34,197 nt of DNA from Deltaproteobacteria bacterium (GTDB lineage: Bacteria; CG2-30-53-67): NCBI GenBank assembly GCA_013151235.1, contig JAADIO010000030.1, positions 1-34,197 on the forward strand. The letters are read 5' to 3'. Position 1 is the stretch's first letter. Each line of letters starts with the position of its first letter. The translations under genes were made by a program, and so were the position numbers. Shown piece by piece: positions 15,056 through 25,079 of this stretch. The notes under the pieces are model-generated. The model had not been told where the DNA came from. It worked only from the letters and a program-made list of their open reading frames with translations, and searched no databases.

Positions 15056-16960
15056 TCAGAAACGGACCTTAAGCCCGGCATAGGCGGCCCGGCCGGGAGC
15101 GCCGTATCCCCGGTTCTCTTCATATCTTTTATCGAACAGGTTCTCCACCCGAGCGAAAAGTGTATAGCGCCCCTTCACCGGGACCGAGGCCGCAAGATCG
15201 ACCACCGTGTAACCGCCGAGTCTTACGCGTTTCGACGGATAGGCGGAATAGTCCATATCGTCCCTCGGCCCGACGTAACGGAGATCCGCCGTCAACTCTC
15301 CCTTGTTTTCGAGGGTCCAGGTCGTTCCCATGCTCAGCTTGTTTCTCGCCCGCCGAAGGAGGTCCTCGTTGTTCGACTTGTCTACGGTATCGGTATAGGT
15401 ATAATCAAGGTGCAGCTCCAGGGGGGAGACCGGCCGGAAGGAACAGGAAGCCTCAATCCCTTTCGTCGCGGCACCGGAAAGGTTCCGGTATCCGGTACCG
15501 TAATCGAAGTCGATCAGGTCGATAAACCGGTTGGAGAAGTAAGTGATCCCGACACGCCCATGTCCGCCGGAAAACTCCTGTTCGAATCCCGCATCCCAGC
15601 CCCGGCTCTTCTCCGGGGAGAGCTCCGCGTTCCCGACGGGACCGAAGGAGCCGGCGGGGGCATAGAGCTGGTAGAGTGAGGGGGCCTTGAATCCGGTCCC
15701 GTAGCTCCCCTTGATCCGCAGCCCGGACCCGACACGGTAGGAGAAAGTCGCACGCCCGGTCCCGCGGCTTCCGAAGCGGCTGTGATCGTCAAGCCTCAGT
15801 CCCACGGTCGTCACGAGCCGCCCGGCCCAGCGAAAATAGTACCCGGTGGTGCGGACCGACTTTTCCGGGAATGCGCTGTCGTAGGGACCGTAGGCGCTCT
15901 CCGAGTGGTAACTGGAGTTCCCGTTTTCCCGTTCCGTTTCCAGCCCGAGGGTCAGGGTATTGTTACCGGAGAGATAGAGGTCGTGCTGCCACGAGATCTT
16001 CCGGAACGTCCCGTCGTAAGAACTTCGGCTGGAATCCGAGGGATGGGCGGCGTCCGTGCCGTTGTTGTACTTCCGGTTGCTGTCACTCACGGAGAAGTCG
16101 AGCCGCTGCTCCCAACGGCCGTCCCAGAGGGAAAGCCGGGCGCCGCTATTGAGAAAGAGCTTGCGGGCGATCGTGAAATAGTTCGGGTCATCCCCGCCCG
16201 CACCCCCGGAGTTGTCCAGGTCGGACCGGGCATTGCTGTAACGGCCCGTAAGATCGAACGAGAGATTCTCCATCGGGGACCAGCCGAACCTGCCCGATAC
16301 GGTCCGGTTCCGGTAGCCGTCATTCTCATCGTTGCCGTACCGTTCGTCCGCGGCGGAGATGCCACCGGTCTTTGTCTGGGACAGGGCCAGGGAATAATCA
16401 AGATCGTCGTTCCCCCCGGCGCTCGCGGCGGTCTCCCGGAATGTCTGGAAGGACCCCCCTTCCGCGGAGAGAGAGATGGATGGTTTCCCCTTTCCCTTCC
16501 TGGTGAAGATCTCGATCACGCCCCCCATGGCGTCGGACCCGTAGAGGGTGCTCTGCGGACCCCGGAGGATCTCGATCCGCTCGATATTGTCAACGGTCAG
16601 GTCGGAAAAATCGAAGGACCGTCTTGGAGAGACCGGATCGTTCGCCTCCACCCCGTCGATCAGAACAAGTGTATGCTCGGCGTTTGCTCCCCGGAGAAAG
16701 ACGGAGGACGTCTTCCCCATACCTCCCGACCGGACGACCTCGAGGCCGGGGACATCCCGCAGCACATCAAGGACCGTGTTCTTCCCGCTCTCCACGATCT
16801 GTTGATGCGTCAGGACGGTCACGGAGCTCCCCACCTCGTCGGCCGGGGTCAGTATCCTGTCGGCGGTCACCACCACATCTCCCAGCGGGACACCTCCTCC
16901 GGCGAAGGCGGGCGCAGCCGTTATAAAGATCAATACCATGATTGCGATATACTTCTTCAT
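15056..16960 (-). CDS. btuB: TonB-dependent receptor, BtuB-like (cobalamin)
   Basis: Signal peptide, TonB box DVVVTA, plug IERIEILRGPQSTLYGSDAMGGVI, ENLFDKRYE and terminal Phe; lies downstream of cobalamin riboswitches. Confidence 0.85.
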   Translation of the reverse strand: MKKYIAIMVLIFITAAPAFAGGGVPLGDVVVTADRILTPADEVGSSVTVLTHQQIVESGKNTVLDVLRDVPGLEVVRSGGMGKTSSVFLRGANAEHTLVLIDGVEANDPVSPRRSFDFSDLTVDNIERIEILRGPQSTLYGSDAMGGVIEIFTRKGKGKPSISLSAEGGSFQTFRETAASAGGNDDLDYSLALSQTKTGGISAADERYGNDENDGYRNRTVSGRFGWSPMENLSFDLTGRYSNARSDLDNSGGAGGDDPNYFTIARKLFLNSGARLSLWDGRWEQRLDFSVSDSNRKYNNGTDAAHPSDSSRSSYDGTFRKISWQHDLYLSGNNTLTLGLETERENGNSSYHSESAYGPYDSAFPEKSVRTTGYYFRWAGRLVTTVGLRLDDHSRFGSRGTGRATFSYRVGSGLRIKGSYGTGFKAPSLYQLYAPAGSFGPVGNAELSPEKSRGWDAGFEQEFSGGHGRVGITYFSNRFIDLIDFDYGTGYRNLSGAATKGIEASCSFRPVSPLELHLDYTYTDTVDKSNNEDLLRRARNKLSMGTTWTLENKGELTADLRYVGPRDDMDYSAYPSKRVRLGGYTVVDLAASVPVKGRYTLFARVENLFDKRYEENRGYGAPGRAAYAGLKVRF

Positions 16961-17007
16961 CTTACATCTCCTTCTCTCCCCCCTCGGGGATCATTGGTTT
17001 TCAACCC

Positions 17008-17148
17008 CTCCGGACCGGGTATCCTGGCTCGAGTTCATCCTACAGGCCGCGCCTTCCCGTCCGATCGACAGTGGCATGCTGCGGCGTTCGTCCCTCTCAC
17101 AGTCGCGGGGCGGCGGGAGCATCGCACTCCCTTCCCGCGGTCCGGGAG
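17008..17148 (-). ncRNA. Cobalamin riboswitch (gene-proximal, variant apparently lacking P2)
   Basis: CGGGAA GGGAG-TGCGATG-CTCCC, CGC-CCC-GCG ACTGTGA, GCCACTG..GGGAAGGC and a B12-box-like GAGCCAGGATACCCG; closing helix CCGGACC/GGTCCGG. Confidence 0.85.
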
Positions 17149-17257
17149 ACCATGGAAAAATTACGTAATTCATAAGGCACCCGCCTTCCCTGTATCACCT
17201 CCCTTCCCCGTCCGCCCGACCCTTCGGCCGGCTCATGACAGGCCCTTCGACATACTC

Positions 17258-17289
17258 AAAAAAAAATCCCGGGCAAAAGTGCCCGGGAT
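17258..17289 (-). terminator. Intrinsic terminator, likely expression platform of the distal riboswitch
   Basis: ATCCCGGGCA-CTTT-TGCCCGGGAT perfect 10-bp stem followed by a T run on the minus strand. Confidence 0.9.
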
Positions 17290-17347
17290 CCCCTGATTTT
17301 ATCCTCGCAACCGCTCCCCTCCTTTACCACGGAAGGAAAAGCACTCG

Positions 17348-17512
17348 TACCACCGGCAGGTCTTCTGGTTCCCGGATCAGCCTACTCGCCGCGCCTTCCC
17401 ATCCCGAACGAACAGTGACTTTCCTGCGGCTTTCGTCCCCGGTTACAGCGGCGGGTCCACTCCCGATTCTCACGGGATTCCCTCTCTCATCCTGCAACAG
17501 GAACCGATGGTA
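17348..17512 (-). ncRNA. Cobalamin riboswitch (distal, canonical)
   Basis: GGTTCCTG..AGGGAATCCCGTGAGAATCGGG..CCCGCCGCTGTAA..GTCACTG..TGGGAAGGC..GAACCAGAAGACCTGCC. Confidence 0.95.
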
Positions 17513-17532
17513 TTCTGTTTTTCTGACTATCT

Positions 17533-17561
17533 AAATTAATTGAAGCCACAGATCCTGTCAA
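17533..17561 (-). promoter_or_regulatory. Putative sigma70 promoter of the riboswitch-btuB transcript
   Basis: TTGACA-17 nt-TAATTT about 20 nt upstream of the aptamer. Confidence 0.65.
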
Positions 17562-17835
17562 GAACAATCTTCAACTTTCGTATTTTTGTATGAACTCACC
17601 GATCAGATCCGGATTACAATTATCATGTGAACCGGCATCATCCCCCTATCGATATAACCGAGAGGGGACACCGGATCGACCCAAGAAGGAAGGAGTCACG
17701 GCCGACTGCATCCGGCTCAAGGATGCAAAACTCAAGAGCTCTCGGCAAGGGTCCAAGAACTGCTTTTGCGACCGGTTGAGATTCTCTTCAGGAACCGGTA
17801 AAATTCAGACACCTTTTCAGAAAAGGAGGTTCTGA

Positions 17836-18540
17836 ATGAAAAAGGCCGGAAAAAAGAAATGGTGGATCGTTCTCTTCATTCTTGTACTGGTCGGGATCTT
17901 TCAATATTTCCACCTGGGAAGATTTCTGACACTGGCCTACCTCCAGGAATCACGGGTAAGATTCGCGGCCCTTTATACCAAACATCCATGGACCACGCTC
18001 GGCGGATATATGATTCTCTATATCCTGGTGACCGCCCTCTCCCTCCCCGGTGCGGTCGTCATGACGCTGGCCGGCGGAGGCCTCTTCGGCCTGATTGCGG
18101 GGACGGTGGTCATCTCCATCGCCAGTACCATCGGTGCAACTCTGGCCTGCATGGTTGCCCGCTTTCTCTTGCGGGACTGGGTTGAGGAACGCTTCGGCGA
18201 TAAACTGACCGCCGTCAACCGAGGAATCGAAGAGGAAGGGGCTTTCTATCTTTTCACAATGCGGCTGATCCCCGCCTTCCCTTTCTTTATGATCAACCTG
18301 GTCATGGGGCTGACGAAGATGCCGATCAAGACTTTTTTCTGGGTCTCACAGATCGGGATGCTCCCCGGAACCCTCGTCTATGTCAATGCCGGAAAAGAGC
18401 TGGCCGGAATCACTTCCTTGTCCGGAATCCTGTCGCCGGGACTCTGGATCTCCTTTGCCCTCCTCGGTCTTTTCCCCCTCCTGATGAAGAAGGGACTGGT
18501 TCTTCTTCGTACGCTCAAGGGCCGCAACACACGGGCCTGA
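17836..18540 (+). CDS. TVP38/TMEM64 (DedA/VTT superfamily) membrane protein
   Basis: ALSLPGAVVMTLAGGGLFG, RLIPAFPFFMINL and SQIGMLPGTLVYV; strong AAGGAGG RBS. Confidence 0.92.
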   Translation: MKKAGKKKWWIVLFILVLVGIFQYFHLGRFLTLAYLQESRVRFAALYTKHPWTTLGGYMILYILVTALSLPGAVVMTLAGGGLFGLIAGTVVISIASTIGATLACMVARFLLRDWVEERFGDKLTAVNRGIEEEGAFYLFTMRLIPAFPFFMINLVMGLTKMPIKTFFWVSQIGMLPGTLVYVNAGKELAGITSLSGILSPGLWISFALLGLFPLLMKKGLVLLRTLKGRNTRA

Positions 18541-18577
18541 ACTTGCCCGAGGTCTCTTCATCAACGGTTGTTTTTTC

Positions 18578-18606
18578 TTGACATTCAATCAAACGTTTGT
18601 TTTAAT
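18578..18606 (+). promoter_or_regulatory. Promoter with PsrA-box-like operator for the TetR-RND operon
   Basis: TTGACA-17 nt-TTTAAT with the palindrome CAAACGTTTG (18590-18599) in the spacer. Confidence 0.75.
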
Positions 18607-18659
18607 TGCCTGCGTCATACTGAAAAACCGGATCCCTACCGAAGAAAGATGAACGATCC

Positions 18660-19298
18660 ATGAAAGCATCGAAACAGGACACAAAAGAAAAAATACTGGA
18701 TGCGGCGGAAAAGCTCTTTGCCCGTAACGGTTTTCACGCCGCATCGCTCAGAGCGATCACCGGTGAGGCAGGCGTAAACCTGGCATCCGTGAATTATCAC
18801 TTCGGTTCAAAGGATGCACTTCTCGATGCGGTATTCGAGCGTCGGCTTTCCCCGTTGAACGAGATCCGGATTCAGCGGATCGAAGCGGTCAGAGAGGCCG
18901 CCGGGAAAAAGGGCGTTCATCCATCCGTCCGGGAAACCATCCGGGCATTCATAGAGCCAACCCTCGCTCTCCGGGAAGAGGGGGCCGGTGCCGGAGAGTT
19001 CATCGCACTGGTTGGAAGAATTTTTTCCGAACCGACGGAGACGGCACGGACCATATTCATGCGGCGTATGGAACCCCTGTTCCAGCTTCTCTTCACCACA
19101 TTGAAGGAAGCCCTTCCGGACATGGCCGAGGATCTCCTCTTCTGGAAACTGCAGTTCACAATCGGAGTTTTAAGTCATGTCCTCCGCATGACCGGCAGAG
19201 GTCCGGCTCTGTCTACAGAGGTATCCCGCAATTGTGATACGAAAACGCTGACGGAATGGATGGTGACCTTCCTCACGGCCGGAATGGAGGCACCATGA
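18660..19298 (+). CDS. TetR-family regulator (PsrA-like)
   Basis: ILDAAEKLFA..SLRAITGEAGVNLASVNYHFGSK helix-turn-helix. Confidence 0.93.
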   Translation: MKASKQDTKEKILDAAEKLFARNGFHAASLRAITGEAGVNLASVNYHFGSKDALLDAVFERRLSPLNEIRIQRIEAVREAAGKKGVHPSVRETIRAFIEPTLALREEGAGAGEFIALVGRIFSEPTETARTIFMRRMEPLFQLLFTTLKEALPDMAEDLLFWKLQFTIGVLSHVLRMTGRGPALSTEVSRNCDTKTLTEWMVTFLTAGMEAP

Positions 19299-20725
19299 AA
19301 ACAAAGGTTCTTTTTTGGATACCGGTCTTCATGATCATCGGATGTACCGTCCACCGGCCTCAGCCCGTCCCCCTTCCTGTGAATCCTCCGGAATCCTACG
19401 ATGAACCGGGGAACGCGGGACCACCGTTGCAACGGTGGTGGGAGGCCTTCGGAGACAAACGGCTGAACCGGCTGATGGAAGAGGCTTTTTCCGGCAATCT
19501 TGATCTGGCCCAAGGAGTGGCCCGTCTCGATGCGGCCCGGGCGGTTTTAAGGTCGACCTCCGCCGCACGTTTCCCCTCCCTTGATTCAAGGGGAGAGTGG
19601 AGTCGCGAAAATACCCCGGGGTTTTTCGGAAACAATACCGGCAGGAGCTATCGCCTCTCCCTCGCGGCGGCCTTCGAGGTCGATCTCTGGCGAAAAGAGG
19701 CGTCCCGGACCCGGGCCGCCGCCCTGGATGCCGCGGCCGCCCGCGAAGACCTGAAGACCCTCTATCTCACCCTCGCCTCAAACCTTGCCGACCTTTACTA
19801 TCTGGCGGCGGAACAGAAGGAGCAGCTTCAATTGACCGACAGGACGATTGCCGCCTTTGCCGACACGTCGCTCCGGGTGGAACGGCGCTACAGGGAAGGA
19901 TTGGTCCCCGCCCTCGACCTTGATCAGGCCCGGCAGAATCTGGCCGCGGTGAAGGCCGGACGTCCTCTCATTGAAAAGACCTTGAGGGAAACGGAACATG
20001 CCTTCGCTCTTCTTCTGGGGCGGTATCCTGAAGAAGACATCACCGGGGTTGTTGCCCTTCCGGAAATTCCAATGGGCTTTCCCGCGGGTCTTCCTTCCAA
20101 ACTCCTTGCTCACCGTCCCGATGTGGCAGCCGCCCTGGCCCGGGTCAAGGCAGCGGATGCCCGGACGGCGGCAGCTATTGCCGACCGGTTTCCTTCCATC
20201 AACCTTGCCGCCGACTACGGAAACTCCAGTATCGCCTTCAGCACCGGGGATATCGTCGGAAATTTCTGGAAGATCATCGGGAATGTCGCGGCACCTCTGC
20301 TGGACGGGGGCCGGCGGCGGGCGGCGGTAAAGCGGAACCGGGCTCTCTTCCGGGAAAGTCTTGCCCGCTATCAGCAGACGGTCCTGACCGCCTTCCGTGA
20401 GGTGGAGGATGCCCTCGTCCGGAACCGGACCACGGAAGAAAGGATTGCCGGACTACAGGAAAAGGTCGCGGCAAGCCGCGCCACCCTCCGTCTTTCTCTG
20501 GACCGGTATCTCGCCGGGCTTTCCGATTATCTGCCGGTTCTGACGGCACAGGCGGCAAGTTTCGATTCCCAAAGTGAACTCCTCTCCGCCCGGCGGCAGC
20601 TGATCTCCGATCGGATCACCCTGGCCCGGTCACTCGGTGGGGAGTGGATGGAAAAAGAGATGAAAGATCAAAAAACAAAAAATACAAACACAACCAAGGA
20701 CAATCCCCATGCCTCTACGAGATAA
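19295..20725 (+). CDS. RND efflux outer-membrane lipoprotein (NodT/OprM family)
   Basis: Lipobox IIGC, QRWWEAFGD..LNRL, LPSKLLAHRPDV and AFREVEDAL. Start ATG 19295 overlaps the TetR stop (ATGA). Confidence 0.93.
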   Translation: MKTKVLFWIPVFMIIGCTVHRPQPVPLPVNPPESYDEPGNAGPPLQRWWEAFGDKRLNRLMEEAFSGNLDLAQGVARLDAARAVLRSTSAARFPSLDSRGEWSRENTPGFFGNNTGRSYRLSLAAAFEVDLWRKEASRTRAAALDAAAAREDLKTLYLTLASNLADLYYLAAEQKEQLQLTDRTIAAFADTSLRVERRYREGLVPALDLDQARQNLAAVKAGRPLIEKTLRETEHAFALLLGRYPEEDITGVVALPEIPMGFPAGLPSKLLAHRPDVAAALARVKAADARTAAAIADRFPSINLAADYGNSSIAFSTGDIVGNFWKIIGNVAAPLLDGGRRRAAVKRNRALFRESLARYQQTVLTAFREVEDALVRNRTTEERIAGLQEKVAASRATLRLSLDRYLAGLSDYLPVLTAQAASFDSQSELLSARRQLISDRITLARSLGGEWMEKEMKDQKTKNTNTTKDNPHASTR

Positions 20726-21896
20726 GTTCATCAAGATCGGTCTTCCCCTGTTGATCCTGCTCATCGGCTTTGCCCTGATGCGGGGTCTGATTTCCTCCCG
20801 GAAGGCGCCGGCAAAGAAGGAGTACATCAACCCCGGTGTCTTGGCAGAGGTCGTGACCGTCCATCCCGGAAAACGGCGGATCCGGATTGCAGGCAACGGA
20901 ACGGTGCAGGCGCGACGGGAGGTATCCATTATTCCCCAGGTGGGTGGCCGGGTGGTCTGGAAGTCCCCGAAACTGCTGCCCGGAGGTTTTTTCCGTAAAG
21001 GGGAGCTTCTTTTCCGGATTGAGAAGGTCGATTATCGACTGGCCGTTGACCGGGCCCGGGCGGCGCTGGCCCAGGCGGAACTCGATCTGGCCCGGGAGGA
21101 GAGTAATGCCCGGGTGGCCCGGTCCGAGTGGACAAAGATGGATCTTGCGGCAAAGGCAAAACCGACCCCCCTGATTCTCCACGAACCGCAGCTTCGACAG
21201 GCCCGGGCGACGGTCACGGCAGCAAAGGCAGGCCTGAAACAGGCCGAACTCGATCTTTCCCGGACCCGCATCACGGCCCCCTTTAACTGCCGGGTTCGCT
21301 CCGAAGAGGTCGATGTGGGGCAGGTCGTTCGTCTCGGGGAGAAGGTCGGCCTTTTGGCTGGGACCGACGAAGCGGAGATTGTCGTACCGCTTCCCCGGGA
21401 AGGACTGCGCTGGCTCAGCATTCCCGGACCCGGTTCGAAAGCCCCGGGATCCAAAGCAGTCATCCGGTTTTCCGAAGGGAAGGACCTTCTTTCCCTGGTA
21501 GGGAGGATTGTCCGCTCTCTCGGAGAGGTCGATCCCGAGGGGAGGATGGCCCGGGTGGTAATCGCAGTCAATGATCCCTATCACCTGAAGGCTCCTACCG
21601 GCAATGTCGCCGCCGATCTGCTCCTGGGGATGTTCGTAGACGTAACCATGGAAGGACGGACTCTTTCGAAGGTCTTTGTCCTGCCCCGCAAGGCCCTTCG
21701 TGATCAGGGAACGGTCTGGCTCGCGGGGCAGGGGGATCAACTGACGATCCGGAAAGTGGATGTGGTTCGGAAGGAACGGGAGAAGGTCATGATCGACCGG
21801 GGACTGCAGGATGGGGATCGGGTTGTCCTGACGGCCCTCTCCGGAGTCGTCGAGGGGATGAAGCTGCGACTCCGGGAGACGGGGGTTGCACCATGA
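20709..21896 (+). CDS. RND periplasmic adaptor (membrane fusion protein)
   Basis: N-terminal TM, PQVGGRV lipoyl half, helical hairpin, TRITAPF and GLQDGDRVV. Confidence 0.93.
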   Translation: MPLRDKFIKIGLPLLILLIGFALMRGLISSRKAPAKKEYINPGVLAEVVTVHPGKRRIRIAGNGTVQARREVSIIPQVGGRVVWKSPKLLPGGFFRKGELLFRIEKVDYRLAVDRARAALAQAELDLAREESNARVARSEWTKMDLAAKAKPTPLILHEPQLRQARATVTAAKAGLKQAELDLSRTRITAPFNCRVRSEEVDVGQVVRLGEKVGLLAGTDEAEIVVPLPREGLRWLSIPGPGSKAPGSKAVIRFSEGKDLLSLVGRIVRSLGEVDPEGRMARVVIAVNDPYHLKAPTGNVAADLLLGMFVDVTMEGRTLSKVFVLPRKALRDQGTVWLAGQGDQLTIRKVDVVRKEREKVMIDRGLQDGDRVVLTALSGVVEGMKLRLRETGVAP

Positions 21897-24800
21897 GGGG
21901 AGCAATACGATGGATGGCACACAACCATGTGGCAGCCAACCTCCTGATGATCATTCTCATGGTCGGAGGGCTGATCCGGTTCCATTCGATCAAGCGGGAG
22001 ATCTTTCCCGAAATCAGTCTCGACATGATCCAGGTCTCCGTGGCCTATCCCGGGGCAGGTCCCGAAGAGGTGGAAGAGGGGATCATCCTTCAGATCGAAG
22101 AGAACCTGACCGGTGTGGAGGGAATCCGACAGATCAAGTCGGTGGCCCGGGAGGGGGAAGGCGTTGTAACGGCCGAGCTCTATCCCGGCGAAAATCCCGA
22201 CCTGAAGCTCCAGGAGATCAAGAGCGAGGTCGACCGGATCATCACGTTCCCCGAGGATGCCGAAAAACCGGTTATCACCAAGCTTTTGAATCGCCGCGAA
22301 GTACTGTCCGTGGCCCTTTACGGCCGGGTCCCGGAACGGAGTCTCCGGGAAGAAGCCGAGACGATCCGGCAGGAACTTCTCGAGGATCCCGAAATTACCC
22401 AGGTCGATCTCGCCGGTGTCCGCCCTTATGAAATCTCCATCGAGATCCCTGAAGAGAATCTCCGCCGCTATCACCTGACCCTCGACCAGGTAGCCCGCCG
22501 GGTCCGGCAAGCCTCCCTCGATCTGCCGGGGGGGACCATCAAAACATCGGATGCGGAGATTCTTCTCCGGACCAAGGAGCGGCGCTACCGGGGGCCGGGG
22601 TATGCCGACATTGCCGTTATCAACCGTCCCGACGGAACACAGATCCGGCTCGGGCAGATCGCCCATGTCCGGGATACCTTTGCCGAGACCGATCTCTCCG
22701 CCCGGTTTGACGGTCAACCCGCGGTGATGATCAAGGTCTTTCGTGTCGGGGACCAAAAACCTCTGGTAATATCCGATCATGTCAGGCGATATGTCGAACA
22801 GAAAAAGAAGGAATTGCCCGGAGCCCTGCACATCGCCACATGGAACGATCGTTCGGAACGTCTCCGCAGCCGGATGAGCCTGCTCCGGACCAATGCCGTC
22901 TTCGGTCTCATCCTGGTAATGATTATCCTGGGCCTCTTTCTGGAAATCCGTCTCGCCTTCTGGGTTATGCTCGGGGTTCCCGTTTCCTTTTTGGGGGCCA
23001 TGATCTTTCTTCCCGTTTTCGGTGTTTCCATCAACATGATCTCTCTCTTCGCCTTCATTCTGGCCCTGGGAATCCTCGTTGATGACGCCACAGTCGTTGG
23101 GGAGAGCATCTACGAACACCGGCAGCAGGGCAAAACCTTTCTGCAGGCCTCCGTGGACGGGACAATGGAAGTGGGAATCCCGGTTGTTTTTTCGGTTCTC
23201 ACAACGGTGGTGGCCTTTATCCCGCTTCTCTATGTGAGCGGCATGATCGGCAAGTTCATCCGGGTCATGCCGGTCGTGGTGATCACGCTCCTTCTGGTTT
23301 CTCTGGTCGAGTCTCTCTTCGTTCTTCCGGCTCATCTCACCATGGGAAAACCGGGAGCATCTTCCCGGGGGATCCTCGGGGCGATCGAATCGGTCCGGAA
23401 ACGGTGCAGTTCGGCCCTGGAGATCTTCATTAACGGAACCTACCGTCGTTTTCTGATCCGCTGCCTGGAAAACCGCTACACGACCGTCGCAACCGGGATC
23501 GTTCTTCTCTTCCTCACCGTGGGGGTCATCAAGGGTGGGATCCTGAAATTTCATTTCATGCCGGTCGTCGATGGTGACGTCGTCACCGCCTCACTCAAGA
23601 TGCCTCCCGGCACCCCCGTGGCGGAGACGGCGAGGGTCCAGAAGATCATCGAACGGAAGGCCCGGGAGACAGTGGCCGAATACGACAAGCACCGGCCGGA
23701 CGGGGATTCCATCCTCCGGGACGTCTACGCCGTCGTCGGCGGGAGCATGGCTGCGGGCGGTCCCGGGGGCGGCCGAACGCAGACCCGGACGAACCTCTCC
23801 GAAACGGCACTCTTCCTGCAACCGAGCAAAAAACGGGGGGTTCCCGCCCAGGAGATCGCCAACCGGTGGCGGGAGAAGGTCGGGGAAATCCCCGGTGTCG
23901 ATTCCCTGGTCTTTACCTCGAACATCGTTCACATGGGGGCCAACATCGACATCCAGATCGCCCATGAGAATTTTGCCGTTCTCGATGCGGTCTCCGAACG
24001 CATCCGGAAAGCCCTGTCAAGCTACCCCGGAGTGGGAGACATCGAGGATACCTATTCACGGGGGAAGAAGGAGTTGAAGATCCGTCTCAAACCGGCGGCG
24101 GCGACCCTCGGGATTACCGAAGAGGACCTGGGCCGACAGGTCCGATCCGCCTTTTACGGGGCCGAGGCCCTTCGTTTTCAGCGGGGAAGAAACGAAGTGA
24201 AAGTCATGGTCCGCTATCCGGAAACCGACCGGAAGCACCTCCGGGACCTCGAGTCGATGCGGATTCGGACGCAAGACGGTGGGGAAGTTCCCCTCGGCCG
24301 GGCGGCGGAAGTCCGGGAAGGATGGGGCTTTTCCGAAATTCACCGGACCAACCGGAAACGGGTGATCGACGTGACGGCAAGCGTCGATGACAAGGTGGCC
24401 AACGCCGGAGATGTTCTCTCCGACCTCAAGGCAAACCTGCTCCCCCGGCTGAAGGCCGATTACCCCGGGCTGACCTTCAACATGGAAGGAGAGGAAAAAG
24501 AGCGCCGGGAATCGATGGGGAGTATGGCCGACGGATTCCTCCTCGCGCTGATCGGAATGTTCGCCCTCCTGGCCATCCCCTTCCGGAGCTACAGTCAACC
24601 CCTCCTCGTCATGGCGGCAATCCCCTTCGGGATCGTCGGTGCCGTGGCCGGGCATATGATCATGGGGTTCAAGCTGAGCATCCTGAGCTTTTTCGGGATC
24701 GTGGCCCTCTCCGGAGTGGTAGTGAACGACTCCCTGATCCTGATCGACCGGGTCAACCACAACCGGCGGGAAGGGACCCCCCTGTTTCAGGCCATCATCG

Positions 24801-25066
24801 ACGGCGGGACCCGGCGCTTCCGTCCGATTCTCCTCACCTCACTGACCACCTTCTTCGGGTTGACACCGATGATCCTCGAACGAAGCGTTCAGGCCCAGTT
24901 CCTCATTCCCATGGCAATCAGCCTGGGATTCGGGATCCTCTTCGCGACCGGGATCACCCTCCTTCTCATTCCATCGCTCTACCTCGTTCTGGAGGATGTG
25001 CGGGGACTCTTGGGACTTACGTCCGTACACCATCGGCCGGACGAGACAACTTCCCTGGAGTCTTAG
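21893..25066 (+). CDS. RND efflux permease (AcrB/AcrD/AcrF family)
   Basis: 1057 aa, GILVDDATVVGE in TM4 and RFRPILLTSLTT in TM11, with two large periplasmic loops. Confidence 0.96.
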   Translation: MRGAIRWMAHNHVAANLLMIILMVGGLIRFHSIKREIFPEISLDMIQVSVAYPGAGPEEVEEGIILQIEENLTGVEGIRQIKSVAREGEGVVTAELYPGENPDLKLQEIKSEVDRIITFPEDAEKPVITKLLNRREVLSVALYGRVPERSLREEAETIRQELLEDPEITQVDLAGVRPYEISIEIPEENLRRYHLTLDQVARRVRQASLDLPGGTIKTSDAEILLRTKERRYRGPGYADIAVINRPDGTQIRLGQIAHVRDTFAETDLSARFDGQPAVMIKVFRVGDQKPLVISDHVRRYVEQKKKELPGALHIATWNDRSERLRSRMSLLRTNAVFGLILVMIILGLFLEIRLAFWVMLGVPVSFLGAMIFLPVFGVSINMISLFAFILALGILVDDATVVGESIYEHRQQGKTFLQASVDGTMEVGIPVVFSVLTTVVAFIPLLYVSGMIGKFIRVMPVVVITLLLVSLVESLFVLPAHLTMGKPGASSRGILGAIESVRKRCSSALEIFINGTYRRFLIRCLENRYTTVATGIVLLFLTVGVIKGGILKFHFMPVVDGDVVTASLKMPPGTPVAETARVQKIIERKARETVAEYDKHRPDGDSILRDVYAVVGGSMAAGGPGGGRTQTRTNLSETALFLQPSKKRGVPAQEIANRWREKVGEIPGVDSLVFTSNIVHMGANIDIQIAHENFAVLDAVSERIRKALSSYPGVGDIEDTYSRGKKELKIRLKPAAATLGITEEDLGRQVRSAFYGAEALRFQRGRNEVKVMVRYPETDRKHLRDLESMRIRTQDGGEVPLGRAAEVREGWGFSEIHRTNRKRVIDVTASVDDKVANAGDVLSDLKANLLPRLKADYPGLTFNMEGEEKERRESMGSMADGFLLALIGMFALLAIPFRSYSQPLLVMAAIPFGIVGAVAGHMIMGFKLSILSFFGIVALSGVVVNDSLILIDRVNHNRREGTPLFQAIIDGGTRRFRPILLTSLTTFFGLTPMILERSVQAQFLIPMAISLGFGILFATGITLLLIPSLYLVLEDVRGLLGLTSVHHRPDETTSLES

Positions 25067-25079
25067 GCCAAATCAAATT

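Noticed and set aside
8456-17296. Long plus-strand ORFs (8456-9712, 11341-12621, 14273-15679, 15782-17296)
   Set aside because: Antisense shadows of well-supported minus-strand genes in GC-rich DNA, with no motifs.
16991-17534. Small ORFs in the btuB leader
   Set aside because: They overlap riboswitch aptamers and the terminator, which already explain the sequence.
17590-17835. 81-aa ORF as a real gene, or a c-di-GMP/SAM riboswitch
   Set aside because: No RBS at the ATG, no recognisable domain, and only fragmentary resemblance to riboswitch consensus; kept only as a low-interest finding.
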